64,000 nt of DNA from NCBI RefSeq assembly GCF_009914755.1, contig NC_060925.1; one strand, written 5' to 3'. The stretch is from the human T2T-CHM13v2.0 reference genome, Homo sapiens. The translations under genes and the position numbers were made by a program. The notes under the pieces were generated by a model that was given only the letters and a program-made list of their open reading frames with translations, searched no databases and had not been told where the DNA came from. This document shows positions 39,703-55,500 of this stretch, one piece after another. Numbering within the stretch: position 1 is the stretch's first letter; the number at the start of each line of letters is the position of its first letter.

Positions 39703-41283
39703 CTTTTTTTTACTTTCATATTTTCAAGATATTTTATCTGGCTCTGAGCTCCAGGTCGATTCACTTTTTCTTTCCTTTGAGTTCTTTAAAGGGGCCGCTC
39801 TGCTCATGTGTGGTTTGCATTGTCTCTGACCAGAATTCGGCTGTTATTGTTACCTTGATGCCTCTGTTCATAATTTGCATTTTTTCTCTGACCGCTTTGA
39901 AGATTGTATTTTTATCCCTGGCTTTAAGCAGTTTCATGATGATGGTCCTTGGTGTCGTTTTCCTCATGTTTCTTGTGCTTGGCATTTGCCAAGCTTCTTG
40001 AATCTATGCGCTTGTCGTTTCCATCAGATTTGGAGATTTTTCAGATGTTTGTTTGTCTTCAGATATCTTATCTGTTTTCCTCTCCCCTCGCCCAAACCAC
40101 TATATGTCTGAGATTCCAATTATCTTTTTATTTAGCAATCTGATATTGTCCCGCTGCTCACTTTTTTTTAATGCTTTTTCATTTCTTTCTGGTCTTTTTT
40201 CTCCCTGGTTTCTTTGCAATGTTTAATATCTCTATATATCCCTATTAATCTTTTCTTCAGCAGTTTCAAAATATGCTATTAATCCAAGATAGTGTATATT
40301 TTATTTCAGACATTGCATATTTTATCTCTCGACGTTTGATGTGGTTCTTTTTATGCCTTGTATGATTCTCCTTATCATGTTTGTGCTTTACCTTCTTCAA
40401 CATAGAGAGAGATTGTGTGTGTGTATAAGCTCTTTTAATGCCCTCATCTACAAATGATATCGTCTATGTCATGTCTGATTTGTACTGATTGATTCTTTTT
40501 CTCTTTATGTGTTGCATGTTTCTGCTTTGTTTACATGTCTAAGGATTCTTTTATTTGATACCAGATATTTTGAGTTGCTGGGGACATCACTGGGTCGTAG
40601 ACTTTCTGTATTCCTCTAAAATGTTTTATCGTTGTTTGGGGATGCATCCAAATTGGAAACAGTTCAGTCTTTTCTAGGCTTGCTTTTTAACTGTGTTAGG
40701 AGGAACCAAAAAGTGCCTACTCTGGCACTACCACTGAGGCAATATGCTTCGGAGTGCTCGGCCAGATGCCTCATGCGCTAGGGGGCCTTTTCACTCTGGC
40801 TGGTGGAAATGTGAACTGCATCTGGCCTGGGTGCTCTGCAGATTGCTCCTGCAGCTTCTTCCCAGTGGTCCTGTCCCTGGACGCAGGTGGATTTCTCACA
40901 CGCTCACATTGATCAGTTACACCGGACAGATGTCTGGAATTTCCTCGCTTTGCCACTTTCTTGTCTTTGGTAGTCTGCCCTGCTGACTCTAGCCCCCTTA
41001 GCCTCCTGGAATTCCCAATTCAGTCTCTCCAATTCAGCAAGAACCTGAGCTCTGTTTGAACGTCCCTTCCCTGCACTGCAGCCTGGAAGCTCTCTCCCGG
41101 GAGTAGACTGGAATGATCCTCGGGTTCACTTTGCTTGGTTCCCTTTTCTTGGAGATCACTGTCATGCATTGCCTGTTGCCCAGGGTCTGAAAACCATTGT
41201 TTCAGCTATTTTATCCAGTTTTGTAGTTGAGGCAGGAGGGTAAATCCAGTTCTTTTAACTCTATCATGACCAGAGCAGAAATC
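39703..41283 (-). mobile_element. Ancient L1M (L1MC/MD-type) 5'UTR + ORF1 remnant, nested in an L2
   Basis: ORF 39761-39985 TPRTIIMKLLKARDKNTIFKAVREK...ITAEFWSETMQ resembles L1 ORF1p RRM/CTD; 41232-41283 resembles an L1M 5' terminus; L2-like sequence flanks both sides (~39400-39690, ~41290-41590). Confidence 0.85.
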
Positions 41284-41764
41284 TAGCTTACCCTTTTCAT
41301 CTCCTTTAATACTAGTTCAATAATCACATCCCTAACCAAAGTTTGTGAATCCCTCTTCTTCCCGAGAGAATTGATTGTGACTTCATCTGCAGTTTTGCGG
41401 TTTTTTACTTTCTCTAGCATCATTATATAACATCTGTGTTCTATGTTAAGAGGTTTACAAGTTGCTTCTCAATAAATCATGAATTTCTTGAGAGAAGATT
41501 TTATGACACATACTTTTTGAAATCCCCGGTTGCATAGAACAAAGTGTGTGGTACATAAATGATCCTTAATAAAGGTCAGTTTAATGAATAGATTAAGTGC
41601 TCCAAGGGTATTTATAACATGTTCACATTAATTAATGTGTGATCATTGGGCCTGTGTTTAACATTGCAGATAAATACATCTGCCTATATTTGCTTTCACT
41701 CTGCTTTCTCCCCTGTAGTTTTCTGTATAATTTTACCAGTGGCAAGAATGAGGAAATAATAAGA

Positions 41765-42190
41765 ATGTTCATTAAATTTGTAGATGATACCAAAATCCAA
41801 AAGGAATCATAATCTCAAAATATAAGATTAGAGCTAATTATGTCCTTGACAAGTAGGATGATCACAAAGAAAGCAAGTAAAATTAAATGAAACTACAAGG
41901 TATTTAATTTTAAAAGGAAACTAAGCCACATGTCATCATAAAAATGGCTGGATTCAAATAAGACTGTAGGAGCCACAGTGAATCACAAGTTAAAAATGAG
42001 TTGAAAATGAAATTTCCTGTTGTTATAAGATGCTGTGTAAGAATGGCAGAGTATAATTGTCCTTTTATAGTCATAATTGTAAAACTATTATAAAATTCTG
42101 TGGCATTTTTGAGGTCCATTTTTATTTTAAGAGCACCAGAATATATAGGGTTTTAAGAAGAACGCTATTAAAATGCTGCAAATGGAACCC
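41765..42190 (+). mobile_element. L3/CR1 LINE RT fragment
   Basis: atgttcattaaatttgtagatgataccaaaatc translates MFIKFVDDTKI (CR1 KFADDTKL motif); degenerate downstream RT similarity. Confidence 0.7.
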
Positions 42191-42923
42191 ATGAGGAAAT
42201 CTTATTCCCTTTTTCCCTTTTGCTTTTTTTGTTTTTCTGGAAGAACAAGGTGCATATACAGAAAACTGTCATGTTTTAACAAAGAAAACATTCAAACCAA
42301 AAAGAACAACCATTGCCTTAAATTGAAACAAAAGCCTTGGTATTGGGAGTTCATAAATGAAAAACATGGCAAATGGTTATTAACATTCACTAGATTTTCA
42401 ATGCATGCTTTACTAACTGCTTTTAAGGCATGCAAAGAATACCTAGCATGCAAATAGCTCCTTTGACTTTTCAATGTCTCATGAATATATAATATCATTT
42501 AAACTTCATAGCTATTCTGTGAAATACTATTTCCATTGCACAGATGATAAAATTGAGTAGTCCCAGAGAAAGGAACTTTCTTTCAAGTCAGGTAGTTAAT
42601 TAACAACATCACTTAAATATAGAGTGCTCTACAATACTATGTAGAACAAATAGTAATCCCAAATGCATGAATATAGGCCAAAGTACTTTGAAAGCATCAA
42701 AGTGCTATGAAATGGGAGGCAGTAAATATTATTGTCTGTAATCTGGAGATCTGCCCCCACCCCCGAAAAAGTGCTGCCATGAACTCCCATGAATCATTTC
42801 AATATTCAAGAAAAAAGGACTCATTAATTATTTTTCACATTTGGGCACTGGGAATATAAAAGACAAACAATTTAAGACCTTTTCTCTCGGTGGAGCTTTT
42901 ATCTCATTAAGTCCTTGGGGGCT

Positions 42924-43210
42924 GGCTGGACATGGTGACTCATCCCTGTAATCCCAGAACTTTGGGAGGCCTAAGAAGGAGGATCACTTGAGGCCAGGAG
43001 TTTGACACAAGCCTGGGCAACATAGCAAGACCCCCATCTCTTAAAAAAAAATTAGTCAGGCATGGTGTGGACATGCCTGTAGTCCCAGCTGCTCAGGAGC
43101 TGAGGTGGGAGGATGGCTTGAGCCCAGCAGTTTGAGGTTGCAGTGAGCTATGATTGCACCACTGCCCTCCAGCGACAGAGTGAGATCCTATCTCCAAAAA
43201 AAAAAAAAAA
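42924..43210 (+). mobile_element. AluJ
   Basis: gcctgggcaacatagcaagaccccc, ggatggcttgagcccag, gagctatgattgcacc. Confidence 0.93.
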
Positions 43211-44911
43211 TCCTCAGGGGCTAAAGTGGACATTAATATGATAAGCTGATGATACTTCCAACTTTTACCCCATTGTGCCAGAGTTAGTAATTTGTCCTAC
43301 TGTGCCACCTTCATTAATGTGGTTATCTTATGTTGATCTGTATATCTCTTTAAGAATTCTAAGTTGACAAACAGGGTCCTTGGAAGTGGATGTTGAAAAT
43401 TTGGCCAAAAAGGGGAATACTGACACTAGTTCGAAGAATTATCCTTGGCATGAGGAAGGGTCTTCTCTTCCATCAGAACAGAAGGAAAAGAGGAAAGAAT
43501 TAGCATAGAAGCTGCATGGTGAGTGCATATTGAGCAAGTTCCCATCCGAATTGTTCTGCTGTCTCAGTGAATACTATGGGGCAGATCAGCTGCTCTGAGT
43601 GTGTGTATTGGGCATGAGACTTGGGTATGGGCAAGGGGGTGAAGTGGAATAGGGGTTTGAGGAAACCCAAAGAGGTTTTAAATAGCTGCTGTACAAATCC
43701 CACTTCTCTGAATCACTTTATCTCCTTTCCCAGTGTGCCTACAGATGCCTGCTGCTGTTGTCCATAACAGAAAACAATTATGTTAACAGGCAAATCTCCA
43801 ACTATGGGAAAATGAGCTGATAAATTCAGCTACATTAACTCAATAAATCATTTTGGCAAGAAGAGGCTATTCTCTAGCCACGTCTCATGAGATTTATCTC
43901 TGGGCTTGACAAATTCTGAACAGGTGAAGACATCTTCCACATAGTTACTATTCAAGAGAGTACTGTTCAGTGAGCCAGAAATTGCCTTTTGTTGGTGAAC
44001 AAGTGTGATCCTGTGAAGGAATTTAGTCACGCAGTTGACTGGCCTCCACTGAGGTGAAATACCATGATTCTAGAAAGGCTTTGCCTTTTTCCATCATCTA
44101 CATTTCAGAATATTCCAGAAAAGAAAATTCCTTGGGCCATCTGGAATCACAGACTTACAACAGTGTGAAAATGAAAGGAGCCTCAGGGGTTATTAGTAAT
44201 TCCTAATTTTAGAGATGAGGTGATGGGACCGGTCACAGGGTGCCTTAACCAGATTGTTTGAGATGGCACTAGGGGTACCACAGTTGGGCCACCCAGTCTT
44301 TTTGCAGTAAGGGTTGATCTTGCATGACAGAAGCAGCAAACTACTTTGCAGATCTCTTCGTTCAGGCAGCCTAGGGATCTATCTCTGTCCTCCCTGATGC
44401 TCCATTGCCTCATAGCAAACGCTGGGGTCCTTGGCCATTGGTCCTGGTGCCTTGCCTGCTACTTACGCACTCACCACTAGGGAAGTAAGTCCTGTTCAGG
44501 GTCAGGCCCGGTTAATGCTTTATTATTTTCTAGTTATGACATTTGTGATGCTAATTGTTTATAGCAACAGACAAGAAACCTATGCAGACTTTATTTTGAC
44601 AGTCTGTGACATTTGACAGAAATCAACTGAATACACATTTTTAGGACGAAAATCCAACTGGTTGAATTTCTTGATGTTGCTGGTTTCAGATTGGTATTAA
44701 AAATCGAAACCTACTTATTTCCTTACGCACAAAAAATGGCTTTGTAGGGAAAGAGCCCAACTTCTTTCTTTTAACTGCTGTATTTGATGTAAGAATGTAT
44801 GGATACGTTAAAAAGGGCCTCAAGCAGTCAGTATATTCAGCAAGCATTCATGTGGCCAAACTGGGGGGAAAAATCAAATTGGCAATGAACTAAGTTTAAT
44901 AAAATGAATGA

Positions 44912-45302
<391 letters not shown>

Positions 45303-45499
45303 TGAAGCCCCGAGGGCTTATTATCAAATGTAGGATTACCATACATGGATATGATGCCATGTGGGGAGAATAAAATGGAGGGAAAACAAGAAGAAAAGCA
45401 GTCCATGCATCACAGTGCATTGTCACCAAGACTTGTTGGAATCTAAGATAGATAACAAGAGTCCTTTAAGCTGAATAAATATATTTATAGTAAATAAAT

Positions 45500-45645
45500 A
45501 CAAGGAGAGGATCAAGAAAAACAACTAATAGATATCAGGCTTAATACCTGCATGATGAAATAATCTATACAACAAACCCCCATGACACAAGTTAACCTAT
45601 GTAACAAACCTGCACTTATATCCCTGAACTTAAAATAAAAGCCCC
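45500..45645 (+). mobile_element. Older L1PA (PA13-16-like) 3' terminal fragment
   Basis: gcttaatacctgcatgatgaaataatctatacaacaaacccccatgacacaag...cctgaacttaaaataaaag. Confidence 0.85.
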
Positions 45646-45730
45646 CCAAAAAGGAATAAATTAGATGTTATCTGGCCATTCAAAGCATTTGTGGATACAA
45701 AATACAAACGAAGTCCACAGGATATCTGTC

Positions 45731-46128
<398 letters not shown>

Positions 46129-46937
46129 TAATCTGGCAAAAATAGTAAATGTAGACAGAAAGGATATTTGCTTGCTAATTATATTTTTTCTCAATTAGTT
46201 TCACCTCTTCCCCAATTGAATTTTGTACTTTTTTTCCTGATAAAAGTTCAGAAAATCTTTGTCACATGGAACATGAAAACCAGGCTGGTGTGATTTTTTT
46301 TAAGTAAATGGATACTGTTTATACATGCCTAAGATAAATTAAAGTTAAATTGTTAATTAAATATTAGGGTATTAATGACATAAAATGTGTGGTCCTTAGA
46401 AATATAAACTTTCAGGCATGAGAAATTCCAATTCTGAGTCCTCCATTTTTTTGCTCCAGAGGAAAGGAGGGGATGCAATTCAAAGACAAACATCTTGGAC
46501 TTGTATAAAACATCTTCCTATTCCTCTGTAAGTATAGATTTCCTATAATAAAAACAGCTTCTTGAAAGAGGAAGCAAAAGGGGACTTTGGGGGTTATGAT
46601 ATTCTCCTTTGATTGTAGCACACATTAATTATACTAACTTCCTAGAATCAATATGGTTAACAAATCAATTCTGCTGGTCAATTAAAATCAATGACTATAA
46701 TTATATAATAAGTGAAGTATATGTAGAGCATGAATAATGATCCTAATATAAATTGTAGTTTACTTAGTATTTATTATGTGCCAGGTGATTTAGGTATATT
46801 ATTTTATTTAATCTTCACAATGATCGTGCAAGATACCGATTTTCTTGCAGAAGATCACATAATTTGTAACTGATGGAATCAGATGGATCTACCTGGTTTT
46901 CCAAGCTAAATCCTTTTCCATTACACCTGAGTTTCCT

Positions 46938-47102
46938 CAGGTTTTTTTCTGCAGTGATGTGTGTGTGAATCACCTGGGTATCTTGTTTAAGAGCCGGCCC
47001 TGGTTCACGTGGGCTGGAGTGGGACGTGAGAGCCTGCATTTATAACAAGCCCCGGGTGATTTCAATGCTACTGGTCCATAGGTCACAGTTTGAATAGCAA
47101 TG
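46938..47102 (-). mobile_element. MER5-family hAT element
   Basis: gaatcacctgggtatcttgttt...ctgcatttataacaagccccgggtgatttcaatgctactggtcc...cagtttgaatagcaatg. Confidence 0.75.
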
Positions 47103-47874
47103 TTCTAAAGAACAATAATTCCAGAGTATGTCAATAGATACGATTAAAACAACAACAACAATAAAATGCTCCTATTCAACATAATAGGAAAGACTGAGCA
47201 AAACAGGCTTGAAATGATCTCTTCATTGCAAGTCATCTCAGAGGCTTTAATTTGCTAATATGCACTGTGATTTTCCAAAAAGAGAATAGAGTATGCCCAA
47301 TTTTTCAGATCTATTTGGTAACGTAAATTCTTTCTCCTAAAGCATATCTTAGGATCAGCGTTCACTTCAGAAGCATTGAACTCCATCAATCTAACTATTT
47401 AAAGATCAGATTTTTTGGGGGAAAACACTAGAATAAAGGCAGTAGTCAGGATAGGGTAAAATTACGTAGCTGTTCATGTACCTAATATATGCCAGGTTCA
47501 TACTGGAGTTGGGAAGGGATGGATGAAAATGTGATACAAAAATGAATGACGCAGCACTTATGCCTTCCAGAAAGCCCAACATGGTGAAAATAAACACGTA
47601 AGAATTAATTGCAGGGCAAAATTAAATAAATGCTAAATGCAGGTTGAAATAAACATGCTGTAAAGAATAAAAGAATTGTGGCTTCTAAACATTTGGTAGT
47701 GATTTGGAATTCTCCTTTTTTCCTTCATCTGATAGTTCCTTTATTAAAATCCTTAGACGCTGTGGTGATTGCTCATGGAGAGATGTAGAGGGCTGAGAAT
47801 GTTTTCCAGATGTAACCTTCTCCCATATCAGAAGTCTCTTCTTTGCCTTACTTCTCACTAGGAGCCAGAGTTAA

Positions 47875-48177
<303 letters not shown>

Positions 48178-48684
48178 TAAGCGACTTTTTTTTTTTTCAG
48201 AATATGTTCTGCATGATTTTGCACATCTATGCCAGGAATTTCTTCTTTCATTCAATTGTTCTATAGGGAAAGTGGCAGGGATATTGACACTTGCCTTTCC
48301 CTCCCAGGATGGGGTGAACAGGTAGGCAATGGATAAGTAGGGAAGGACTGCTGTGCCCGCCACCGGCCTGGTGAGGCTTTCATCTGTCCTACTCTGCATT
48401 TCCCTGGATATGATCTCAAAGGTCTCAGGCAAAGGCATTGATGTTATTGTTATGTCAACCCTGTAAGACTTGGCCTCAGAGCTAAGAACTTTAGTATCAA
48501 AGTTGCAGGATTTCATAGACAGAGAGCCCCAAGATGTTCTTTCCTTTAAAATGTGAATTTTGGTAATGAGATGACTGATCTATTCAGCATGTAGAACAGT
48601 TGTATAAGCACTGTGTTCCCAAAAGAGTCGTGACATTTTGCCATTGACTTTGTCGCTGTAGCTCTTCTCCTTCCAGATCACTCA

Positions 48685-49036
<352 letters not shown>

Positions 49037-49931
49037 TTAGGGCCATACATCACATTCTTTTTAGCTAAAGTCTGTTACTGGGGCACCTCCCACTTAAAAA
49101 TTACAAAAACTAACCAAAAAAGCCAAACGTAATGATCTTACCTCATTTTCAAGTACTTTTTAGATTCTGGAGCACTCTGGTTTCATACTCACAAAAGCTC
49201 TATATCAAAATACGTTGAACACTGACTGTGGAAAATTCCACAGTGCTTGGAGAGTACAGCCGACCTATGGTATTTTCAGATTTATTAGCTTTCATTTCAA
49301 GCATGTGTTGTTGCTCCTAAAATTCACGGGACGTAGGTTTGTGGAGGCCTAGATCTGAATGGGCTCCAAGATCAGTGGGTGGGCCTAGACAGTGTATGTG
49401 TTTGCAGATTCATTTGGCTTTGTGGCCCTTTCCTCATCTCAGTTTAATCAGTAATGCCTGTAGTATGGTAAATTTATTTTTTGGCAACAACAACAAAAAA
49501 ATGGTCAAGTGAAAGACATAATCTTAGTGAAATGTGAAAATTGGTTTAACTTGGGATTTGAGGATATAGACAGGAAATATATGCCCTCCTATGAAGATGT
49601 GCTTCAGAAGAAAGCTAAGAGCCTGGATAAAAATTTCAATAATCACGATTTTAAGGGTTCAAGGATCTTTGCCTTAGCCACGTAGTCTGCAGTTATGGGG
49701 AATGAAGGAAAGGACTGCGCGGAAGATGACTGCTTGAATGACCAGGAAAGGTTTTCCATGCCCAAGAAAGTAGAGGGACCTGAGTGATGACAGCTGCAGA
49801 GGGAACTATTAGACTTAAAATAATTATCATTGGTGATATAAGGAACCACAAGCCTTTGTTCATAATCATGCCTGCTTATCTCAAAATGAAAGTACCCAAG
49901 TGAGTTTTATATCAATTTGTCTTAAGATACA

Positions 49932-50214
49932 GGCTCACACCTGTAATCTCAGCACTTTGGGAGCCTGAAACGAGCAGATCACTTGAGGTCAGGAGTTTGA
50001 GACCAGCCTGATCAAAAATGGTAAAACCCTGTTTCTACTAAAAATACAAAAATTAGCTGGGCCTGGTGGTGGGTGCCTGTAATCCCAGCTACTATGGAGG
50101 CTGAGGCAGGGGAATTGCTTTAACCTGGGAGGCAGAGGTTGCAGTGAGCCAAGATCATCCTACTGCACTCCAGCCTGGGCAACACAGCCAGACTCCATCT
50201 CAAAAAAAAAAAAA
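49932..50214 (+). mobile_element. AluS, 5'-truncated
   Basis: Begins at ggctcacacctgtaatc; polyA to 50214. Confidence 0.93.
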
Positions 50215-50727
50215 GGTGACATTCAAGTAAAACATCCTTTATTAGTTTCACATTTCAGATGATGCTGATTTTTTATTTTCAGTGAATAAGTTACCCAAAC
50301 TTTTAATCTCAGAAGCATGTTAGCCGCCCTCTCCCTTCTTCATTTCATCCAATTGTCATTCTCAATAATTCCTCGCAAATATCTCTTCAGTTCTAGCCTC
50401 CTTCCGTTTGCACCTTTGGGCTTGCCTCCTCTCTGCCCTGGATTATTGGAATAGCCTCCTAATTGATCTCATTCCCTGAGACTCCTTGCTCCAGACTCCT
50501 CTCCACACTGCCACCTGGATTCCCGCCAAAAAAGAAAAAAGAATGGAAATCTGTTCATACAGCACCTCCACTTCTAGCAAACTCTCCTACAGAAACACTC
50601 GCTTCTGAGCACAAAGATGTATCAGGTTATTCGTTGCAGCCTTATTTGTGACAAAATAACTGTGTGACCTAAGTGGACGTCAAGGCAGAAATGATGAAAT
50701 TCATTCTAGTGTGTACATAATGTAGAC

Positions 50728-50933
50728 CAAGGGTCGGCAAATATTTTCTGTATAGGGGCAGATAGTATTATAATATATCAAGCTTTGAGGGCCATGCAGC
50801 CTCTGTCATAATTACTCAACTTTGCCCTTATATCAAGAAAGCAGCCAGAGATAATACACACACAAATGGGTGTGGCTGTCTTCCAGACAGCATGCCACAT
50901 TTGGCCTACAGGCCCATAGGTTTCAAAGCCCTG
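50728..50933 (-). mobile_element. MER58A
   Basis: caagggtcggcaaatattttctgtataggggcagatagta...aaatgggtgtggctgtcttcca...ccctg. Confidence 0.85.
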
Positions 50934-51199
50934 TTTTAGATAAATATGCAGATATGAAAAGCAGTGTGGTCAATCTGTATGTGTGGACAGGAAAGGATAT
51001 CCACAGTATATTCTTAGGTCAAACAGTAAACTACAAAAATATCCTCTATTTCTTTGTGGTTCTATCTTGGTTAAAAAGATAGATACAGAGACAGAGAGGA
51101 GATAGAGACATACAAAGAGAAACAAAAGAAAGATAAAATAGGTGATACAGTGTGCGTAAAATTGGAAAGTCCAGAGGAATATACAACAATTGTTATTAG

Positions 51200-51628
<429 letters not shown>

Positions 51629-52424
51629 TGAAGTAATGAATCATCTCCCCAGATCCGACCCTATTCTCTGCTGTTTAAAGGCCTTCTATTGTTCTACGTT
51701 GTCTACAGGCTAAGCTCTAAGCAGTTTGTCAGAGCATTTACAGCAGTTTACAGTCTGCTCTGGTCTCATTTCCTATCTTCCAGTCCTTTTTTGCAAATTC
51801 TCCTACCCCACTGTACATGATGCCTTTCTGTGACTCCCTCTCTATACAATTACCCCTTGTTTCTCTGAATAGCTTTTGCCCTGCTTTTCCTTCCAACAAG
51901 CTCTTACCCATACCTCACTGCCGCAGCCAGATATCCCTCCTCTCTCATGTCTTTCCTGTCCCCTAAAGGCAGAAGTTGCTTCCAACATTTTATTTTAATG
52001 CATACGTGTTTCTATTTTTCATCTCCACTGTCAGACTAAGTGTCTTCAAGCAAGGATGTTGTTTTGTCATTTCTGAATCCCCACACTCAGCACAGAGCCT
52101 AGCACCTGGTAAACACTCATTCAATCTATACAGAGGAAGACTTTTTTGAGATGTTTTGAGATTCTTAGTGATATGATAGGGAGATTTTGACACTGAAATT
52201 TAAAATGTTTGGGAAAGTCTACAACATACACTCATATGTCAACAATTTTTAAATGTCCTGATCTAGGAAAGGGTTACTCACTAATGATCTGTAAGAGGGG
52301 AGTGCATACTTGGGTCTGCTGTACCACCGAAAGGTTGTAGGTATTCTCAGCATCTTCTAAGTAACCAACACAAACCAAAGCTTTTTACATTGTTCGTCGA
52401 ATAGCACATTCTAGTCTAAGTTGA

Positions 52425-53008
52425 CTTTATAGCTATATTTATCAGCTGCAATTAATAAAATACCCTATTATTAATGACTTAAGTAACTGTTTACTTATCT
52501 CAAATATGAAGAGGTCTGGAAGAAGGTAGTTGCTGCTATTGATTTAACTACTTAACCCTGGCATTAAGAGAACAGCCTCTTTCCATCTTTACTTTTGCTA
52601 TTTCTTACTATGTTGGGTTTCATTCCCATTCTCATTGCTTTGTATAACAGTTGCAAGGTGTCTACTGCACTACCAGAAATCACAGCCACATTCCAGGCAG
52701 GAATGAAAGTAAAGGAGCAAAAGACTTTCTTTTCTTTGTCTTATAATTCTGAAAAGGAAGTCCTCACTAGCAGTCCTACCTTCCATTGGCCCCTCACACT
52801 TGGCCCTTTAGCTATCAATCACTAGTCAAGGGAAATAAGATGAAGATGGCTAGTTGTAATCAATCATGCTTCAATCCCTAGACTTGGGAGGATGAGAATA
52901 ACTCCTGTAATTAAAGGAATCTGCATGTTACCTCAATGCATAGGGGTTTCGTTAGAATGGAAGAAGGAAGGAGAATGAATCTTTGGTGAGGAAAGACTAC
53001 CTGCTCCA
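52425..53008 (-). mobile_element. Old MaLR LTR (MLT1K/L-like)
   Basis: gttgcaaggtgtctactgcactaccagaaatcacagccacattccaggcagg...ggaagaaggaaggagaatgaatc. Confidence 0.7.
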
Positions 53009-55281
53009 ATACTCCTTAGCCATTATCAGATTGGCAGGTAATTAGATTTAGAGATACTAGAGAAATAGTTAGACAGGAAGATTCTACTGTGTTCTGCTGT
53101 TGACCAGCTATAGGTACTACCTGAGATAATTACTTAGATTCTCTGGACTTTTTGTTCTGTCTGTAATATATGAGAAAATACCACGTGTCTCATGGGTTTA
53201 TTGGGAGGACTAAACCAAGGTAACCTAACCTAAATCCTAGCATTTATGTGTCCCGTGATCAACATGCCAGTAATACCAGGACTCTTCCTAATTGGTCTGT
53301 ATGCAGGGATTGAACTTGCTTGATTCATCTTTGTCCTTGAGTTTCGGTCTCTATTCCATTCCACTGGTGTCACTGCTCTTTTTACAGCTGTGGCTGGGTG
53401 AGTTAGATATAAATTGGGTACTTTTAATGTATTTTAATAGTCGTAGTAGGAATACCTAGCCAATGTGCTTATTTAGAGAGGGATGGGGTGGGTACTCAGA
53501 ACAATAGGAGTTCCTGTGCTTGCTTAGTCATGAAAGCCAATTAGTCTTTCAATGTGGGGAAAAGAAAGATTTTTATAATCAGGAGGTAGAAAAAGAAAAT
53601 TCAATTTAAATCAGTGCAGAATGAAATTTCTTTTGAGGCTGAAGTCTTTGGATGGCATAGTTTCCATCAAATAAAATTTTTTGCTCATCAACAATGACAC
53701 ACATTTCATTAAATAAAATAATGAGTCTGAGAGATTGCATCATGTTTCAGAATAATGTTAGCCATCCTTTCCTTCTGGCAGCTTTCTCCAAAACCTGGGG
53801 TTGCACTGGTTCACAGAAGGATATGGGGGAAGTCCCTCAATTTAGAAACAATAATTATCTGATTCCTGTCTTGTCAGATATTTCTACTAACAAAAAAGAC
53901 CAGGAAGTGTTTCCCTTCACAGAGGAAAGGACATTGTTTATTACCATCAGATGTTTTCTAACAGCTACTCTGGAATGTAGAGAGGGAAAAATTTGAGGGA
54001 AGGGGAAAAATGTGAGGGAAGCTTATTTAAACTTTAGTGTGCAATAGTTTTGGAAATCTCCTTGCCATAGGAGAGTGAATCAAACTCTATAGAGAAAAAG
54101 GATGTGAAAAAAAGAAAAAGAACTACTATATAGTCTTTATATGAATTCAGTCTTTCTAGAGACTCTACTGAATTAAAACTTTGCACTAAGTGCTATTTGA
54201 TATTTTTCCATGTTCTGATAGTCTGTCTTATCTAACTTGGGATCATGGCTTAAAAAAAAAGTTTGTTTTACCTCTTTTGGTAAGTTTATTTTAAAAAATC
54301 AGATTAGTTTTAAGAATTACTGAAAAATCAAGCAATAATTTTATCTTTGACATTCATGTTAATAATAAGTTATACTTATTGTTGACTGTCTGAAAAGCAT
54401 TTGGGAAACTCAAAGTTCTTTTTTTATATTTAATACATTTAGCTTTTTAAGAGGTACAAGATTGTCTGTGAAAAATGTTCAAGATTCTACCCAGATGGGA
54501 GGAATTCTTCAGTTTTCAAAGCCTTTTCTAAAACAATTCTGCTGTGAAAAAGTTTAAAACACATATTTTCTTTTGTTATATGAATAGAGACATACTCCTA
54601 GGGTCTCTTTAAACGGAAAGTACAATTCAGCTTTAATTTGTACTCTAAGAACTTCCAAAATCTCAGTGCCAAGTAGCAGTTGCTGTTTTCTCTGGATGTG
54701 TGTATAACTATGGCAATGCCCGCAGGGAGTTTGATCAAGATTCCATTTTAGGCGGCCTGGTGGAAGAAAGCACAAGGTATTGTAAAAGAGGAAATCGTGG
54801 AATAGCATCATGTTATGAGACACACTAGAATGTGGCATATTGCACCAGTCATCATATGATCAGGGAGAAATCGAGAGGCGAAACAGACTGTCATAGGCCA
54901 GGATTTGAAGAGAAGGAGCTGAAGGCTTGGAACTGCTGCTAGTGGTGACAAAAAGAGCATAAAAGAAAGTTTCTGTACAGGTTCTCACCTGTGCTGAATG
55001 AAATTCAGCTGTAAGGAGAATTTCTGGGAAAGATTGATTTGATTATAGTGTAACATTGTGGCATCTTGAAAGGGGCTTTTAACCCTTATAGATATTTCTA
55101 GACCTGAAGTCTTACATATTTTAGAATAAAATAAATTTGATGGCTTTTATGCATCTCAGCTTTTGTTTCTTCTTTTCTATTTATCTCTTTGCTTTCTTTG
55201 TGTTGTCTTCTCTGTTCAAAGGGACATCAAATAATGATTTGGTCTCTGTGAACATTTCTCCTATTACTCTCATAGATGCAT

Positions 55282-55500
55282 AATACAGTGGCTAAAAAAG
55301 CACAGACTCTGGAGCCAGACTCCTTGGATTTGAATACAGCCTCCATGTTACCAGCTTTGTGCCTCAGTTTTCTCATCTGTATATGGGGATAATAATACAA
55401 TAAGTGCCTTATAAGGTTGTCATAAGGATTACATGAGTTAATGATTGCAAAATCCTTAAGACAATGTGTAACACATAGTAAGCATTAATTATGTAAGTGT
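55282..55500 (+). mobile_element. MIR SINE
   Basis: gcacagactctggagccagactcc...gtgcctcagttttctcatctgtatatggggataataat...aggattacatgagttaat. Confidence 0.9.

Noticed and set aside
54700-54960. Possible coding exon or processed pseudogene (purine-rich, several CpGs)
   Set aside because: Weak acceptor, no recognisable peptide, no polyA/TSD
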